A stretch of DNA of 64,000 nucleotides. It comes from Octopus vulgaris. Lineage: Eukaryota. The notes beneath the pieces are model-generated. The model saw only the letters and a program-made list of their open reading frames with translations. It was not told where the DNA came from and did no database searches. Positions 25,173 to 37,434 of this stretch are shown here, piece after piece (positions within the stretch are counted from its first letter, which is position 1; every line of letters starts with the position of its first letter). The stretch covers positions 74,586,001 to 74,650,000 of the forward strand of contig OX597828.1 of assembly GCA_951406725.2 (NCBI GenBank), written 5' to 3'. A program made the translations under genes and the position numbers.

Positions 25173-25533
25173 GACGAGGGTCCCAGCTAATCCGATCAAC
25201 GGAACAGCTTGCTCGTGAAATTAACGTGCAAGTGGCTGAGTACTCCACAGGCACGTGTTCCCTTAACGTTGTTCTCGGGAAGATTCAGCGTGACAAAGAG
25301 AGTGACAAGGCTGGCCCCTTTGAAATACAGGTACAACAGAAACAGGAAGAAAGAGTGAGAAAGAAAGTTGTGGTGAAAGAGTACAGCAGGGTTCGCCACC
25401 CCCCTCACCTGCCGGAGCCTCGTGGAGCTTTAGGTGTCTTCGCTCAATAAACACCCATAACGCCCGGTCTGGGAATTGAAAACGCGATCCTACAACCGCA
25501 AGTCCGCTGCCCTAACCACTGGGCCATTGCGCC
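25173..25533 (-). mobile_element. tRNA-derived SINE sharing its 3' region with family C copies
   Basis: Minus head GGCGCAATGGCCCAGTGGTTAGGGC...TTCAATTCCC. The tail CAGCCACTTGCACGTTAATTTCACGAGCAAGCTGTTCCGTTGATCGG also occurs at 10720-10800, 33385-33465 and 36520-36595. Confidence 0.75.
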
Positions 25534-25604
25534 TCAACACAAGCACATACATTCACATATATATTACATTACATCACGCATATTCATAATTCATTTATTC
25601 ATTT

Positions 25605-25793
25605 CATTTACTTGTTTCAGTCATTTGACTGCAGCCATGCTGGAGCACCGCCTTTAGTCGAACAGAGCGACCCCAGGACTTAGTCTTTGTAAGCATAGTA
25701 CTTATTCTATCGGTTTTTTTGTCGAACCGCTACGTTACGGGGACTTAAAAACACCAACGTCGGTTGTCAAACCATTGTTGGGGTACAAACTCA

Positions 25794-25872
<79 letters not shown>

Positions 25873-26033
25873 GACAGGCTTCTTTCAGTTTCCGTCTACC
25901 AAATCCACTCACAAGTCTTTGGTCGATCCGAGGCTATAGTAGATGACACCTGCCCAAGGTTCCATGCAGTGGGACTGAACCCGGAACTATGTGGTTGGGA
26001 AGCAAGCTTCTTACCACGCAGCCATGCTGCGCC
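25605..26033 (-). mobile_element. SINE family B, full length
   Basis: Same structure as 4940-5376. Confidence 0.85.
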
Positions 26034-27072
26034 TATGTTAGGTTCGTTTAAGGACGTGAACTGGCAGGATGGTTAGCCCGTCGGGCAAACATCTTTCTGG
26101 CATTTCGTCCGTCTTCACGTACGCGGTTCAAATTCCATTGAGGTCGACTTTGCCCTTCATTCTTTCAGGGACAATAAAATAAGCTCCAGTTGAACACTGG
26201 GGTCGATGTAATTGATTTAGTCCCTCCCTCTGAAATTGTTGGCCTTGTACCAAAATAAAAACCTGAAATCAATAATATGAGGTTTGTGAAAGGAGAAATA
26301 ACTAACGCCGTATATCACTGGTATTTTAGTTTATCGATTCTGGAAATGATTTTATCGAGATTCGAACACAGACTGTAAAATAGCATAGTTAAATACCACG
26401 GAGCCCTCTCCCACCTGAAGAAGGTTTACAGAATTATGCCCCCTTCTTTGTTTTTAATTTTCGTAATACTGTGGTCATTCGGCTTACGAGAAGTAACAAT
26501 CGAACGCACCTCAAACCACCCCAGCTTAAACTAAGGGAACATTGGACGATGTGCTCTTGAATATATGGTCTGAAATCAAGATGGAACAGCTGGTCATGGC
26601 TGGAATGCCCTCATCTCAAGTTGATCCGGGGTTAAATAGAAACAATATAAAGGACAAAGTCATCACTAATGAAAACAGCAATATTTGATAAAAGTTTCAA
26701 ATTATTGACAAACGGAGACCATTTCGATCGAGATGTAAAATCTCTCAACACGTACGACAGTTGACATAACAGTATCTTATATTTGGAAGCGAAAGGTCAA
26801 AAGGAGAGTAGTAGTAGTAGTAGTGGTGGTGGTGGTGGTGGTGGTAGCAGTAATAATGGTAGTTGTAGGAGTAGGGGGAGGGACGTGGGCCATATCCTGA
26901 AGGACGTTTGTCAAATGAGGAATGCGTTATGAAGAATGTGTGGAAACAATTTCGTTGAAATATGGTTTATGTCAAAGGTAGGTGCGTGTTTAGAATCTTG
27001 TTTACCATTTCTGTAACAGTAAAAGAGATAAACTGTGCGTGTGTGTATGTATGTATGTATGTATGTATGTAG

Positions 27073-27135
<63 letters not shown>

Positions 27136-27735
27136 TAGAGAGAGAAGAGAAATGAAGAGAATAGAACAGTTTAAATCTTCGAACTATAAGTGCAGGAACG
27201 AAATTTGCTTAGAGGATGCAAACCCATGTTTAAATGGGTTTTTTTTTACAAACAAGGTCGATTTTTTTCAATCTTAATAACAAAACAAATACATGAATAA
27301 TAATAATAACAACAATAATTCAGATCAGATCCATCCGGTAATGGAAAAGTAATATTTCAAATTTTCAAAAGAAAAAAAAAGAAAAAAAAACTTTTCAACG
27401 CTCATTCGTGTTGGCAATGAAGTTTTTCAGGAGGATGTTCAAAGCGTTTTCATTGCCCCCAACAAAATTTTAGGAGGAAGCCCTTACACTCTCCGCACCT
27501 TCTGTTTCCGAGCGTGTGCAAACTACATTACTTAGGTACGGTATGACGCCCATCCATTAGACTCATTGAATTACTGACTGAGTATTCCACAAACCTACCC
27601 TTAAAGTGATTTTTCAGATAGAATAAACATGACAAGACCAAGTCTTTGAGTTACAGGAACAATCTATCCGAAAGGCTTCTATACAGTTTTCGCACACCTA
27701 GTTTCACTTACAAAGATTGGGTCAACTGGAAGTTG

Positions 27736-27791
<56 letters not shown>

Positions 27792-27792
<1 letters not shown>

Positions 27793-28640
27793 TAGCAGCT
27801 AAGCCCGGTTCCACCCGATCTGTTTGGATGATGTGGCTATGATCGTTTTCGGCTAGGCATAATCTATAACAGCGTTTTTCAACCTTATCATTTCGGGTCC
27901 CCTGTTTCGATTGGAACCTCCAGCTGAATGAAAATTTCCTGACCCCACCCCTTGTTAGAAAACAGCTTCAGGAGTTGTGAAGAAAGAATTTGTACGTAGT
28001 CTATTTCTGAGAGCTATTCTATTGACCTCTGTCTAATCACGTCTTTTAAGGTACACACTCATACATAGAAAATGTGAGGTCATGGCAGAAAGTTTTAATG
28101 ATGGTTGATTTATGGAAAAGATTATGTTAAATTTTGAAATGCAAATATGTGAATGAAAATTAAGTTCCAACCTCTACATGGTAGCTAGACCTGCTAAAAA
28201 TAGCAGCCAAATCTCTCTCAAAACACCCTACTGTCTTTATCCGACAATTCTGCGTATTATGTAGTTTTAATGAGAAACTGTAACTAAAGATGAAGATTAT
28301 TAACCCCACAAAGAGGTGAAAGAAGAGAGACAGCATAGCGAAGGTTTTGGCTGACTGTCATCCTGTATTCCCCTTGTTGCTAGCGAAATGGTATATGCCG
28401 GCTGTGTGAGCAACTGGTTGTTTTAATGGCAGAACAAACAGGGGCATTCCATTAGTAAAAGTTTGAATAGATTTTTTCGGTAAGTATGAGGGTTAGGGAA
28501 AAAATACAAACCGCGTTCCAGTCTATGCACCCATCTCCACATGTGTGCCATTTTTCACGCGAATCCACCCAGCCGTTTGGCTGTGAACCTCAAGACAAGA
28601 AAGAATACAAGAATCACCTATGTCCAATTTATATTCTATA
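27792..28640 (-). mobile_element. Non-autonomous Helitron between (TA)n tracts
   Basis: Plus strand A|CTAGCAGCTAAGCCCGGTTCCACCCG gives a minus-strand hairpin plus CTAG 3' end, similar to 21401. The other end runs into (TA)n. Confidence 0.6.
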
Positions 28641-28662
28641 TATATATATATATATACACACA

Positions 28663-31062
28663 TACTCTTTTACTCTTTTACTCTTTTACTTGTTTCAGCC
28701 ATCCGGCTGAGGCCATGCTGGGGCACCGCCCTTGTTGCTATCCTCTCTAAGTCCAGTTTGCCGTGGCTGGCCACTGATCTAAGAGAGAGTTTGTAGCTGC
28801 TGCCCTTAGGTTACTTTCGTACCTTGCAGTGGGTTCATCTGGGATCCCGGAAAGCAGCTTGTCTAGATGTTTTTTGAAAATGTCCACATCCGCATCATGT
28901 AGATCTCTTAGTTTTCTTGGCAGTTTGTTGAAAAGCTGAGGGCCCCTGAACCCCAGGCTATTACAGTATCTGCTCCTTACCCTGGATGTGGAAGACGGGA
29001 CCTTTGGCACCACACAGTGACGTCCTGTACGGGGATTGGAACAGCTCTCAATTCCAAAATTTGGTGCTAGTCCCTCCAGGATTTTCCATGTGTATATCAC
29101 TGCATATCTCTCTCGTCTTCGTTCCAAGGAGTACAAATTGAGTTCCCTAAGCCTCTCCCAATAGTTCTTTTCTTTCATGGTGGAAATCCTCTTGGTGAAA
29201 TGTCTTTGGATTGTCTCAAGCTCTGTGGTTAGTTTGACACTATGCGGTGACCACAGTTGGGAGCAGTAGTCCAGGCGGCTTAGGACAAATGTCCTCCATA
29301 GTGTCAACATGGTCTCGCAGTCTCTTGTCCGGAATGTCCTCAGGATCCAGCCAGTGAGTCGTCTGCACATTGTCGCCACCTTCGCGATGTGTGAAGAAAA
29401 AGATGCATCGTCACTCATGTCTATCCCCAGGTCCCGTATTGATTTCGATACTGGGATTTCGATCCCTCCTGGACCAGTATAGTTGTGTTGTAATGTATAT
29501 GTGTTTACAGCTTGATATTGTAAGGCTTGAAATTTACCAGCATTAAATTGCATGTTGTTGTCTTCAGCCCATTTGTATATGGCATCCAGATCTTGTTGTA
29601 AAAGGTCAGCATCAGCTGGGTTTTTGATTGCCTGTGCTACCTTTGTGTCATCAGCATAGCTAGTGAGGGATGTTGTTTGTGCTACCAAGGGCATGTCAGA
29701 GAGCGCCACCAAAAACAGCAAGGGTCCCAAGACTGTGCCCTGTGGCACCCCGCTTGCTATTGGTGTCTTTCCCGAGAGGGCTCCATTGGCTGCAACCATC
29801 TGGCTTCTGTCCTTCAGGAAGTCATGTATCCACTCACCTACTTTTCCTGTTATGCCGAGTCTGAGTAATTTGTGACATATCACTCCGTGGTCGACTTTGT
29901 CAAAGGCCTTCGCAAAGTCGAGATATACCACATCCACCTGTGAGCGATCCAGTAGTTGTTTCAGTACCCAGTCGTAGTGTTGTAACAGCTGCGTAAGGCA
30001 GCTTCTTCCTGGGCGAAAGCCATGCTGTGTGTCAGTGAGACGGTTAGTTTCTTCGAGGAACGTGATCAGTTTTTTTCTGATGATTCGTTCCATGACCTTA
30101 CTTATGTGTGACGTCAGGGAGACTGGCCTGTAGTTTTTGGCCTCTGCTCTACTCCCTCCTTTGTGGATAGGGCATATGGTGCCTTCTTTTAGCGCCCTGG
30201 GCAGTTTACCGTTAGCCAAGGAACCACTGAAGAGCTTCTTCAGTGGTCCCGCTAGGGCATGCCTGCATGTTTTTAGGAGGACTGCTGGGAATCCATCTGG
30301 TCCAGCAGCTGAGTTTATTCTCATTTCTTCTATGGCAGATATTACATCCCTCTCTGTTATGTCTATGTGGTCGATGGTTGTTGTTTGGTTTTGGAGTGTT
30401 GTGGCATCAAAGAAAACTTCTGGGTTTGTGATTTGCATGTGCCCCAGAGGGGATGTGAACACACTTTTATACTGTTCCTTTAGTATTTCACTTATCCCTT
30501 GGGGGTCCTCAGTTAGAGAGCCCTTTTTATCAAAGAGTGGGCCAATCTTGCAGTGTACCGAGGTGGTTTCTTTCGCAAATTTAAAGAAGGCTTTAGGGTT
30601 TGTTTTAATATTCTCTATGGCCCTGGCTTCTCTCTCTGCCCTCTCCTTCTCATAGGAAAGTTTGAGTGCAGTTTCCGTTTCAAAAAGTTTCAGGTGGAGT
30701 CCCTCATTGTTTCTCTGCCGTGCATTCAGTTGCTTCGAGAGCTTAGCTCTTCGCCTCATAAGTATTTTCCTGTCTCTGGGAATAACGTTCCTATGCCCGC
30801 TGGCTTTTTTCTCCGGGACAAACTTATGGCATATGTTCTGTATTGTTGTCATGAAATGTTGGAAATGTGTGTTGGTGTCTTGTGTGGTGATGAAGTCACT
30901 CCAGTCATGTTTTCGGATCTCTTCGTTGATCTTCTTCCAGTTTGCCTTATGGAAGTTTAGACTGGATAGGCCTGTGGTATTTTCTAATGGCTGCGTCTCA
31001 ACTAACTCTCTCATACCATATATCATTACCTCTACTAAGTTGTGATCTGAGAGAATTGTTGG
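28663..31062 (-). mobile_element. 5'-truncated LINE of the CR1/L2 group, apparently young
   Basis: Uninterrupted ORF2 from the last APE motif (PTILSDHNLVEV, 31062-31027) through RT to the stop at 28747. It has a short 3' UTR with a stem-loop and a (GTAAAAGA)n tail. Confidence 0.92.
28747..31026 (-). CDS. Non-LTR retrotransposon ORF2 reverse transcriptase (N-terminally truncated; endonuclease mostly missing)
   Basis: 759-aa ORF with RT motifs AGPDG, NYRPVSLTS, QHGFRPGRSC, YLDFAKAFDKVDH, GVPQGTVLGPLLF, YADD and RDLGI, and C-terminal LYSLERRRER. Confidence 0.93.
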   Translation of the reverse strand: MIYGMRELVETQPLENTTGLSSLNFHKANWKKINEEIRKHDWSDFITTQDTNTHFQHFMTTIQNICHKFVPEKKASGHRNVIPRDRKILMRRRAKLSKQLNARQRNNEGLHLKLFETETALKLSYEKERAEREARAIENIKTNPKAFFKFAKETTSVHCKIGPLFDKKGSLTEDPQGISEILKEQYKSVFTSPLGHMQITNPEVFFDATTLQNQTTTIDHIDITERDVISAIEEMRINSAAGPDGFPAVLLKTCRHALAGPLKKLFSGSLANGKLPRALKEGTICPIHKGGSRAEAKNYRPVSLTSHISKVMERIIRKKLITFLEETNRLTDTQHGFRPGRSCLTQLLQHYDWVLKQLLDRSQVDVVYLDFAKAFDKVDHGVICHKLLRLGITGKVGEWIHDFLKDRSQMVAANGALSGKTPIASGVPQGTVLGPLLFLVALSDMPLVAQTTSLTSYADDTKVAQAIKNPADADLLQQDLDAIYKWAEDNNMQFNAGKFQALQYQAVNTYTLQHNYTGPGGIEIPVSKSIRDLGIDMSDDASFSSHIAKVATMCRRLTGWILRTFRTRDCETMLTLWRTFVLSRLDYCSQLWSPHSVKLTTELETIQRHFTKRISTMKEKNYWERLRELNLYSLERRRERYAVIYTWKILEGLAPNFGIESCSNPRTGRHCVVPKVPSSTSRVRSRYCNSLGFRGPQLFNKLPRKLRDLHDADVDIFKKHLDKLLSGIPDEPTARYESNLRAAATNSLLDQWPATANWT

Positions 31063-32514
31063 ATATTATGGACACATGTATATTATTTTTAAGAACGGTG
31101 AGTCTAGAAACAAATAAGGCTGTAAATAATACTGTTTAAATATTGGGTCAAAACGCCTTTTGGATGGAAGTCGGAGGCTGCCTATGGATTGGAACCTTCA
31201 CCTGTAAGCATGACAGACGTTCTACCATTGGACCAAAGCAAATCTTTGAATTCCTGTATTTTATAAATTTTAATCTTAGCTGCGAGAATTGTCTGTTGTT
31301 GACAAGAATTTATAAACTTCAAGAACGTGAAATAATTGCTTTCTGTTTTTGGAACAATGAATTTCTAAGCAAATAAAGTTATAAATAACAGCGTTAAAAC
31401 AGTGAGTTAAAAGCCGTTTGGGTTGAAAAAGTCGAGTTTTTCGAGGATCAAATTCTACCACCCACAAAGTGCTGCCAGAAAACATTTGATCAAGTTTCCC
31501 CGCAGGATATAAAGCTAACGATTACGTACACCAGAGTTGAACCTGTGCTTGAAAATGTTCTTAAAGAAGATCAGCAGCAAGGTTATACGCTTCCACTCGA
31601 TCTAGGAATTGAACTCCCGACATTATGATTGTGAGCGGAACACCTATCACCGATGATGTCTTAGAGGCAACCAAGGGATGATACATCTTCGAGTCGGCAC
31701 CGCCGCAGGAGAACTCACGGCGGAACAACTATTACGAAGGATTTTGTCAACGTTCAAACAATTCCGTCGGCCCATCGCCCTTGACTTGCACTTTTATTTT
31801 ATCGACCCGGAAATATATATATATATATATATAAAGTCTATCATTGTGAGATTCGAACTCAGAATATAAGGGAATCGAAATGAATACCACAAGGTATTTT
31901 GTCTGACTGCCTCACGATTTTACCAATCACAACCTTAGAATTTTTAATTTTTGTTTCTGGAGTCAGCTGTTACCCACGAACGGGTAGGGGTTGGTTGTAT
32001 GTACCATGCTTTCTCTAATTGTTTTCGGTGCCTGTAAAGTCCCAGGAAGACATAGGACCCCTCTCGACTCTCCCATCTCGCGGTACATCCAGGATATGAA
32101 AGAGAGAGAGAGGGGTGGTGGAAAGGGTTGTTGTACCTGTATTCGAGTGTTATTCGTTTTTTGTTGACCATACTGGAGCACCGTAAAATAAAGTGTCTTG
32201 CACAACGCATCGCCCGGTCAACAAATGGAACCCACGACATCATGACGGCGATACGAATACCCACAACCACATAGCTATGTCCCTTACAACATCTTCGAAG
32301 TAGTAGTAGTAGTAGTAGTAGTAGTAATGATAGAATAATCGTTTGTTGCAAATGCAAGATCCGGTTGTATAAGAGATACACGATAATGATAATTGACTAA
32401 ATACCCCCATTTCACCGCCCCCCCTCACCCCACACTCATCTCTTAACACCTCACATTAAACTAACCAGAGAGAATCTTTGTTGAATTATTCTTGGAATAC
32501 CAAACCAAATATCG

Positions 32515-32568
<54 letters not shown>

Positions 32569-32903
32569 TTTTTTCTTTTTCTTTTTTTTTTTTTCGCCTT
32601 CTGTCTTGTTCCGAAAGACAGATCTGTATTTGTTTCTTTGGCAACAGGAAACATCTAGTTTCGTGTTTTAGAATTATTCGCCAGCAAATTCTTAACGTTA
32701 ATATATTACGTATTCTTGATCTTTCAAGACATTTGCCTGTTTATAATAAACTTCTGCAAATTAGCTTTTCAAGCCGTTGCTGTTCTTGCCGCCGCCGCCG
32801 CCTTCAAGCCCGACATGTGTTGATTAAAAGCTGCATCTTGAACGAGGCACAAGAAAGAACAATTGCATTTTTTTTAGGGTTTCGAAGTTTGGTGGTGGTA
32901 GAG

Positions 32904-32935
<32 letters not shown>

Positions 32936-32954
32936 TACTACTACTACTACTCAA

Positions 32955-33325
32955 AGGCAGCGAGCTGGCGGAAACGTTAGCACGCCGGGCGAAATGCTTA
33001 GCGGTATTTCGTCTGCCGTTACGTTTTGAGTTCAAATTCCGCCGAGGTCGACTTTGCCTTTCATCCTTTCGGGGTCGATAAAAAAAGTACTAGTTACGCA
33101 CTGGGGTCAATATAATCGATTTTATCCGTTTGTCTGTCCTTGTTTGTCCCCTCTGTATTTAGCCCCTTCTGGGTAGTAAAGAAATAGGTATTTCGTCTGC
33201 CGACTTTGCCTTCCATCCTTTCGGAGGTCGATAAATTAAGTACCAGTGAAACACCGGGGTCGATGTAATCGACTAGTCCCCTCCCCACATATTTCAGGCC
33301 TTGTGTCTAATAAGAAAGGATTATT
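32955..33325 (+). mobile_element. SINE family A dimer next to an (ATT)n/(ACT)n tract
   Basis: Full head, junction aaagaaata|ggtatttcgtc at ~33187, and a second unit ending in the alternative tail. Confidence 0.85.
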
Positions 33326-33479
33326 TCAAATGGCCAATCTTGTCACGTTCGGTGTCAAGCTAAATCTACGTCCGCTGGGATGCTAAGCCACTGCACGTTG
33401 ATCTCACGAACAGGCTGTTCCGTTGCTCGAATCAACTGGAACACTCGTCGTAACCGACAGTGCCAGTTTTTTTTGTAAC

Positions 33480-33930
33480 TCCTTATACTCTAAAGGAACC
33501 GGACCGCTTTCAGGTCACGACTCTTTGAATATTCCTATGTTGCTACGTTCTATTCTACAGTCTGTAATGCAACCCTCCTAGACGATTAAGATGCCTTAAA
33601 ACCAAGATGTCTTGAACGTTGTAACTAGTTTAGTCTAAGACGCCAGTTGACTCTAAAGAAAATTCTGCCTTCTGAAAACCGCTTCCATTTCTCCTTGATT
33701 AGATCCAGTTGAAATTCTTCTAGCTGCTTCTGCCACCACCTTAACAGCTCTGGTTCTCTTTCTCCCCAAAACTGAAGGCTGCTTTTCGCGATCGTCTGCA
33801 TATTTCCCCACAAACCGACTCGCACCCACCTCGATGTACAGGACTTTGGTTTGAAAGCCAGGTTCTCTTAGTCTGATGGTTAAACTCTTACATTTTCCAG
33901 TCTTGTAGATGTGAATCTCCATTCTGTTGT
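33480..33930 (-). mobile_element. 3' fragment of an RLE-type non-LTR retrotransposon (HERO/NeSL/R4-like)
   Basis: HIYKTGKCKSLTIRLREPGFQTKVLYIEVGASRFVG...RKRTRAVKVVAEAA resembles the end of restriction-like endonuclease domains (HxxKxxKY...VEVGxRGFV). It is decayed. Confidence 0.65.
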
Positions 33931-35119
33931 GATTCCGCTTTTCCTTAGAAACCCAACTGATTAAAAAGAAAACTTAAACGTACACCCACCCGCCAAAACG
34001 GTTACTGTTGTTGCGTTAACCTAATTGTAGGTTTTGGCCATGCTGGGGCACTGCATGTACCATGTTGTTTAAGCCTAGGTCAGGCGATATAAAAAAAAAC
34101 ATCAGATGCATTCCAGCAGTAATCATTTCGTCTTTTATTTTCGTTCAGACATTGTACCTTGTACCTTGTATATAATGTACCCAACTCTATTTAAGAAGGG
34201 ATATTTAGCTTCTATTTCTGGCAAACAGAGCTACCATTTAGAGACTCCTTCACATTTTCTGTACATTCTACAGGTAAAGTGCAGGTATCTTTTTAATCGA
34301 GCGCAAGATTCTCCTAGAGCCATTTCTTTCGATAATATAAGTCTTCCTTCAAAAGCCTAATCAGAATCTAAGTAAACCCCCAAATAGTCTAAAAGCCCTC
34401 AAGTCAAAAATGCGAACCTTCGTTGTTATGCCTCGTTAAATACGCAACCTTCTCCACACATTTTTGCTATCAAAACAACAGCAATACTAACAGTAGTAAC
34501 GATAGTAGCAACAAACTTGCAATAGTTATTTTGTTCTAAACAGCCTATTGGCTCTTAAGAGGCAATATGTTAACGTGAAGAATTTGACGGGAATAACTGC
34601 TGAAACAATGAGGTGTTGTATCCTGTTGTAACAGAAACCATAACAGATCTGTCTTTGAAAACAAGGTAAGCTACATTCGTTGTTCGTTTGGTATTTCAAG
34701 AATAAAATTAATAAGATTCATTTGATTTAGAGGACAGAGAGAGAAAAGAGGCGGGATGGATGTATTTTAACAAATTGGCATCGTGATCTTTGGATATATT
34801 TATTCATTTTAATGCCATTAACACAGACAGATGAATTTTTTTTTAAAATGCATTTGGTAAATTAGACGATGAAAGAATAAAAGAGAGTAAGGAAGGAAGA
34901 AAAATATACAAGAAATAAAGAAGAAGAAGAGGAGGAGGAGGAATGAGCGAATCTCAAATGACCGTTTCTGTTTCTCGAATCCGAAAAGCTGAAAGGCAAA
35001 TCTGACTTCGGCAGGATTTCAGCCGAGAGAACAGAGAGGCGAAGAGTATTAAAAGACTATGTAGGGAATTTCGGTGCTTTGCAGAGATTTTGGTTTAGAA
35101 TTAGTAATAAAGCAAAAGT

Positions 35120-35470
35120 ATCGGACAAAAGGTAGTGTAATATGTTAGATTCAAGGTGGTACGTTATGCCGGATTAAAGATAGTACTATGTGCCCAATGA
35201 AAGAGAGTACGTTATACCAAACGAAAGAGAATACATTATGCCGAATGAAAGAGTACACTACGCCGAATGTAAGAGAGTACATCATGCTGAATGAGAGACA
35301 GTGTACTGTGCTGAATAATAATACAATGTGCCAGATTAGAGATGGCACAATGCCGGATTAGAGACGGTTCGATATACCGGATTAACGGCGGGCCGATATG
35401 CCAGTACAGTTGCCTTCCAAAATATAATACTATATGCTAGATTAAAGACTGTACAATATGCCGGACTAAA
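35120..35470. repeat. Decayed ~24-bp minisatellite
   Basis: Units gtacgttatgccggattaaagata / gtactatgtgcccaatgaaagaga / gtacgttataccaaacgaaagaga and further copies. Confidence 0.8.
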
Positions 35471-35869
35471 TATTTACAATACGACCCCTCACAGGTTTTC
35501 ATTTTCAAATCTATGGTTCAAGGGCGTCGTCAATCAGTATCTCCCACCCCCGGGGACCGATACATAATTAATGACATTTATTAAAAGAAAAATAATAAAT
35601 AATAACGTAGACGTTACGTTAAAATTTTAGTTCCTTCAAACACATGGTCTAAGGTTCGATTATACTGTACGGTTTAAATAGGCCCAGACTTAAATTGTGC
35701 TCTGTGTTCGATAATGTTAGCGACCAAGAGGACAAAATTCTAAGTGGCGCTTCAGTATGAACGCAATCCAGGTACTGAAACCATAAAAAAAAAATCTGTT
35801 GGAAAAAGAACCTAAATACCAAATTGTAATAGTACGGTATGGAATAGATATTTGATATTTTATTCTCCA

Positions 35870-36002
35870 GTAATTGAAGTAGATGGTGAATATGCTGCGG
35901 AATAATCATTTAAAGATGTTTTTGTTACATGTTGTTTATTGTTTTTGTTGAATAAAATTTGTTGAAAAAAAAAAAAGCCGCAATAATTATGCACCAACCT
36001 AA
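35870..36002. mobile_element. Right half of the mariner-type MITE seen at 10935-11159
   Basis: GATGGTGAATATGCTGCGGAATAATCA...GCCGCAATAATTATGCACCAACCTAA|TA. Confidence 0.85.
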
Positions 36003-37434
36003 TATAATCTTATACTGAAAATTGCTGCAGACATGGAATAATTCACTGTAAAAGTTTTCTGGATGAATTCATGCATTTAAATATACCGAGTGAAGGTAAG
36101 TGGCTTAGTGGTTAGAATAGTCGACTTACGATCGTAAGGTTTTAAGTTCGGTTCACCATTACCATCTCTCGGATCACTGCTCTCTGTTCTTCTTTGGTGC
36201 ACATTGCTAATGGAGCGGCCATGCTTACACTGTAAAGCCAGAAAAAAAATGGCACGACCAGGCTCAAAGTTCGATCACGTGAGCAAAATAGTACCAAATA
36301 TAAGCACGCATGCGCAGATTGCAGTTTGACAATAATAAAGATATGTTATGGCGAAAGTGCGCATCATTTTTGACTTTCCCTCCTATGTGTATGTGTGTGT
36401 GTGTGAAATGCGAAGGAATCAACACTATTGTAAGTTGTTCAAAAGAGCCAGCCTCGTCACATTCTGTGTCATGTTGAACCTCTTTGGGAACTATGTTAAA
36501 GATATGCGTGTCTGTGGAGTATTCAGCCACTTGCATGTTAATTTCATGAGCAGGCTGTTCTGTTGATCGGATCAAGTGTAACCGACGGAGTACCAGTTTA
36601 AACCTATCAAACTTCATCGAATACAGAGATGTATATAAGATGCAACCAGAAGGCGGGGAGCTGGCAGAATCGTTAGCGCGTCAAACAAAAATGCTTAGCA
36701 GTATTTCGTCCGTCTTTATGTTCTGAGTTCAAATTCCACCAACGTCGACTTTGCCTTACATCCATTCCGGATCGATAAAAAAAAAGTACGATTTGAACAC
36801 TGGAACCGATGTAATCGACTTCACCCTATCTCACTCCACTTAAAATTGCTGCCAAAATTCGAAACCAATATAATGTTAAGAGAAGAAATTACATCAATAC
36901 GTACATGAAAACAGAGACAAACAGACAGACGGAGAGGAAAAAACTCGCTCCCGAGTCATGGAGACTTATAAGGCCGGTTTTACGGTTTTCTGTGACGTAA
37001 TTCTCCCCACAAGACGAAACGCCAGTGCGTTGCAAGAATATTCATTATTACCAGTTGTCTGTCAACGAATATTTAATTTGAAAATAATATATTTATCTTA
37101 CAAACAGCAGAATTATTTGTTTTATTGACTGAACGTTTTAGTAAATCACTCACTAATTCCTAAACCATTCTTTTTTTTCTTCCAGTATCACCATCTTTAT
37201 CATTTTCCTTTCATCACACAATCTGTTGTTATTGAGAAAGAAGAATAAATATCGACCAAAATTAAACCGTAAACCTTATCTTTCCTTTCGCTGCTTTTTA
37301 TTTCATTTCTTTAAACAAATTACTTGAAACTCATCTTGACATGACGAGAGAGTATTACGGATGAACAGACGGACAGAGGAATTCAGCTCATGTTATAATA
37401 TAGACGATACATGTTTCTCAAATACAAGAATGTA

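Noticed and set aside
29663-31045. Plus-strand ORFs overlapping the LINE
   Set aside because: They are antisense shadows of the RT ORF with no independent motifs.
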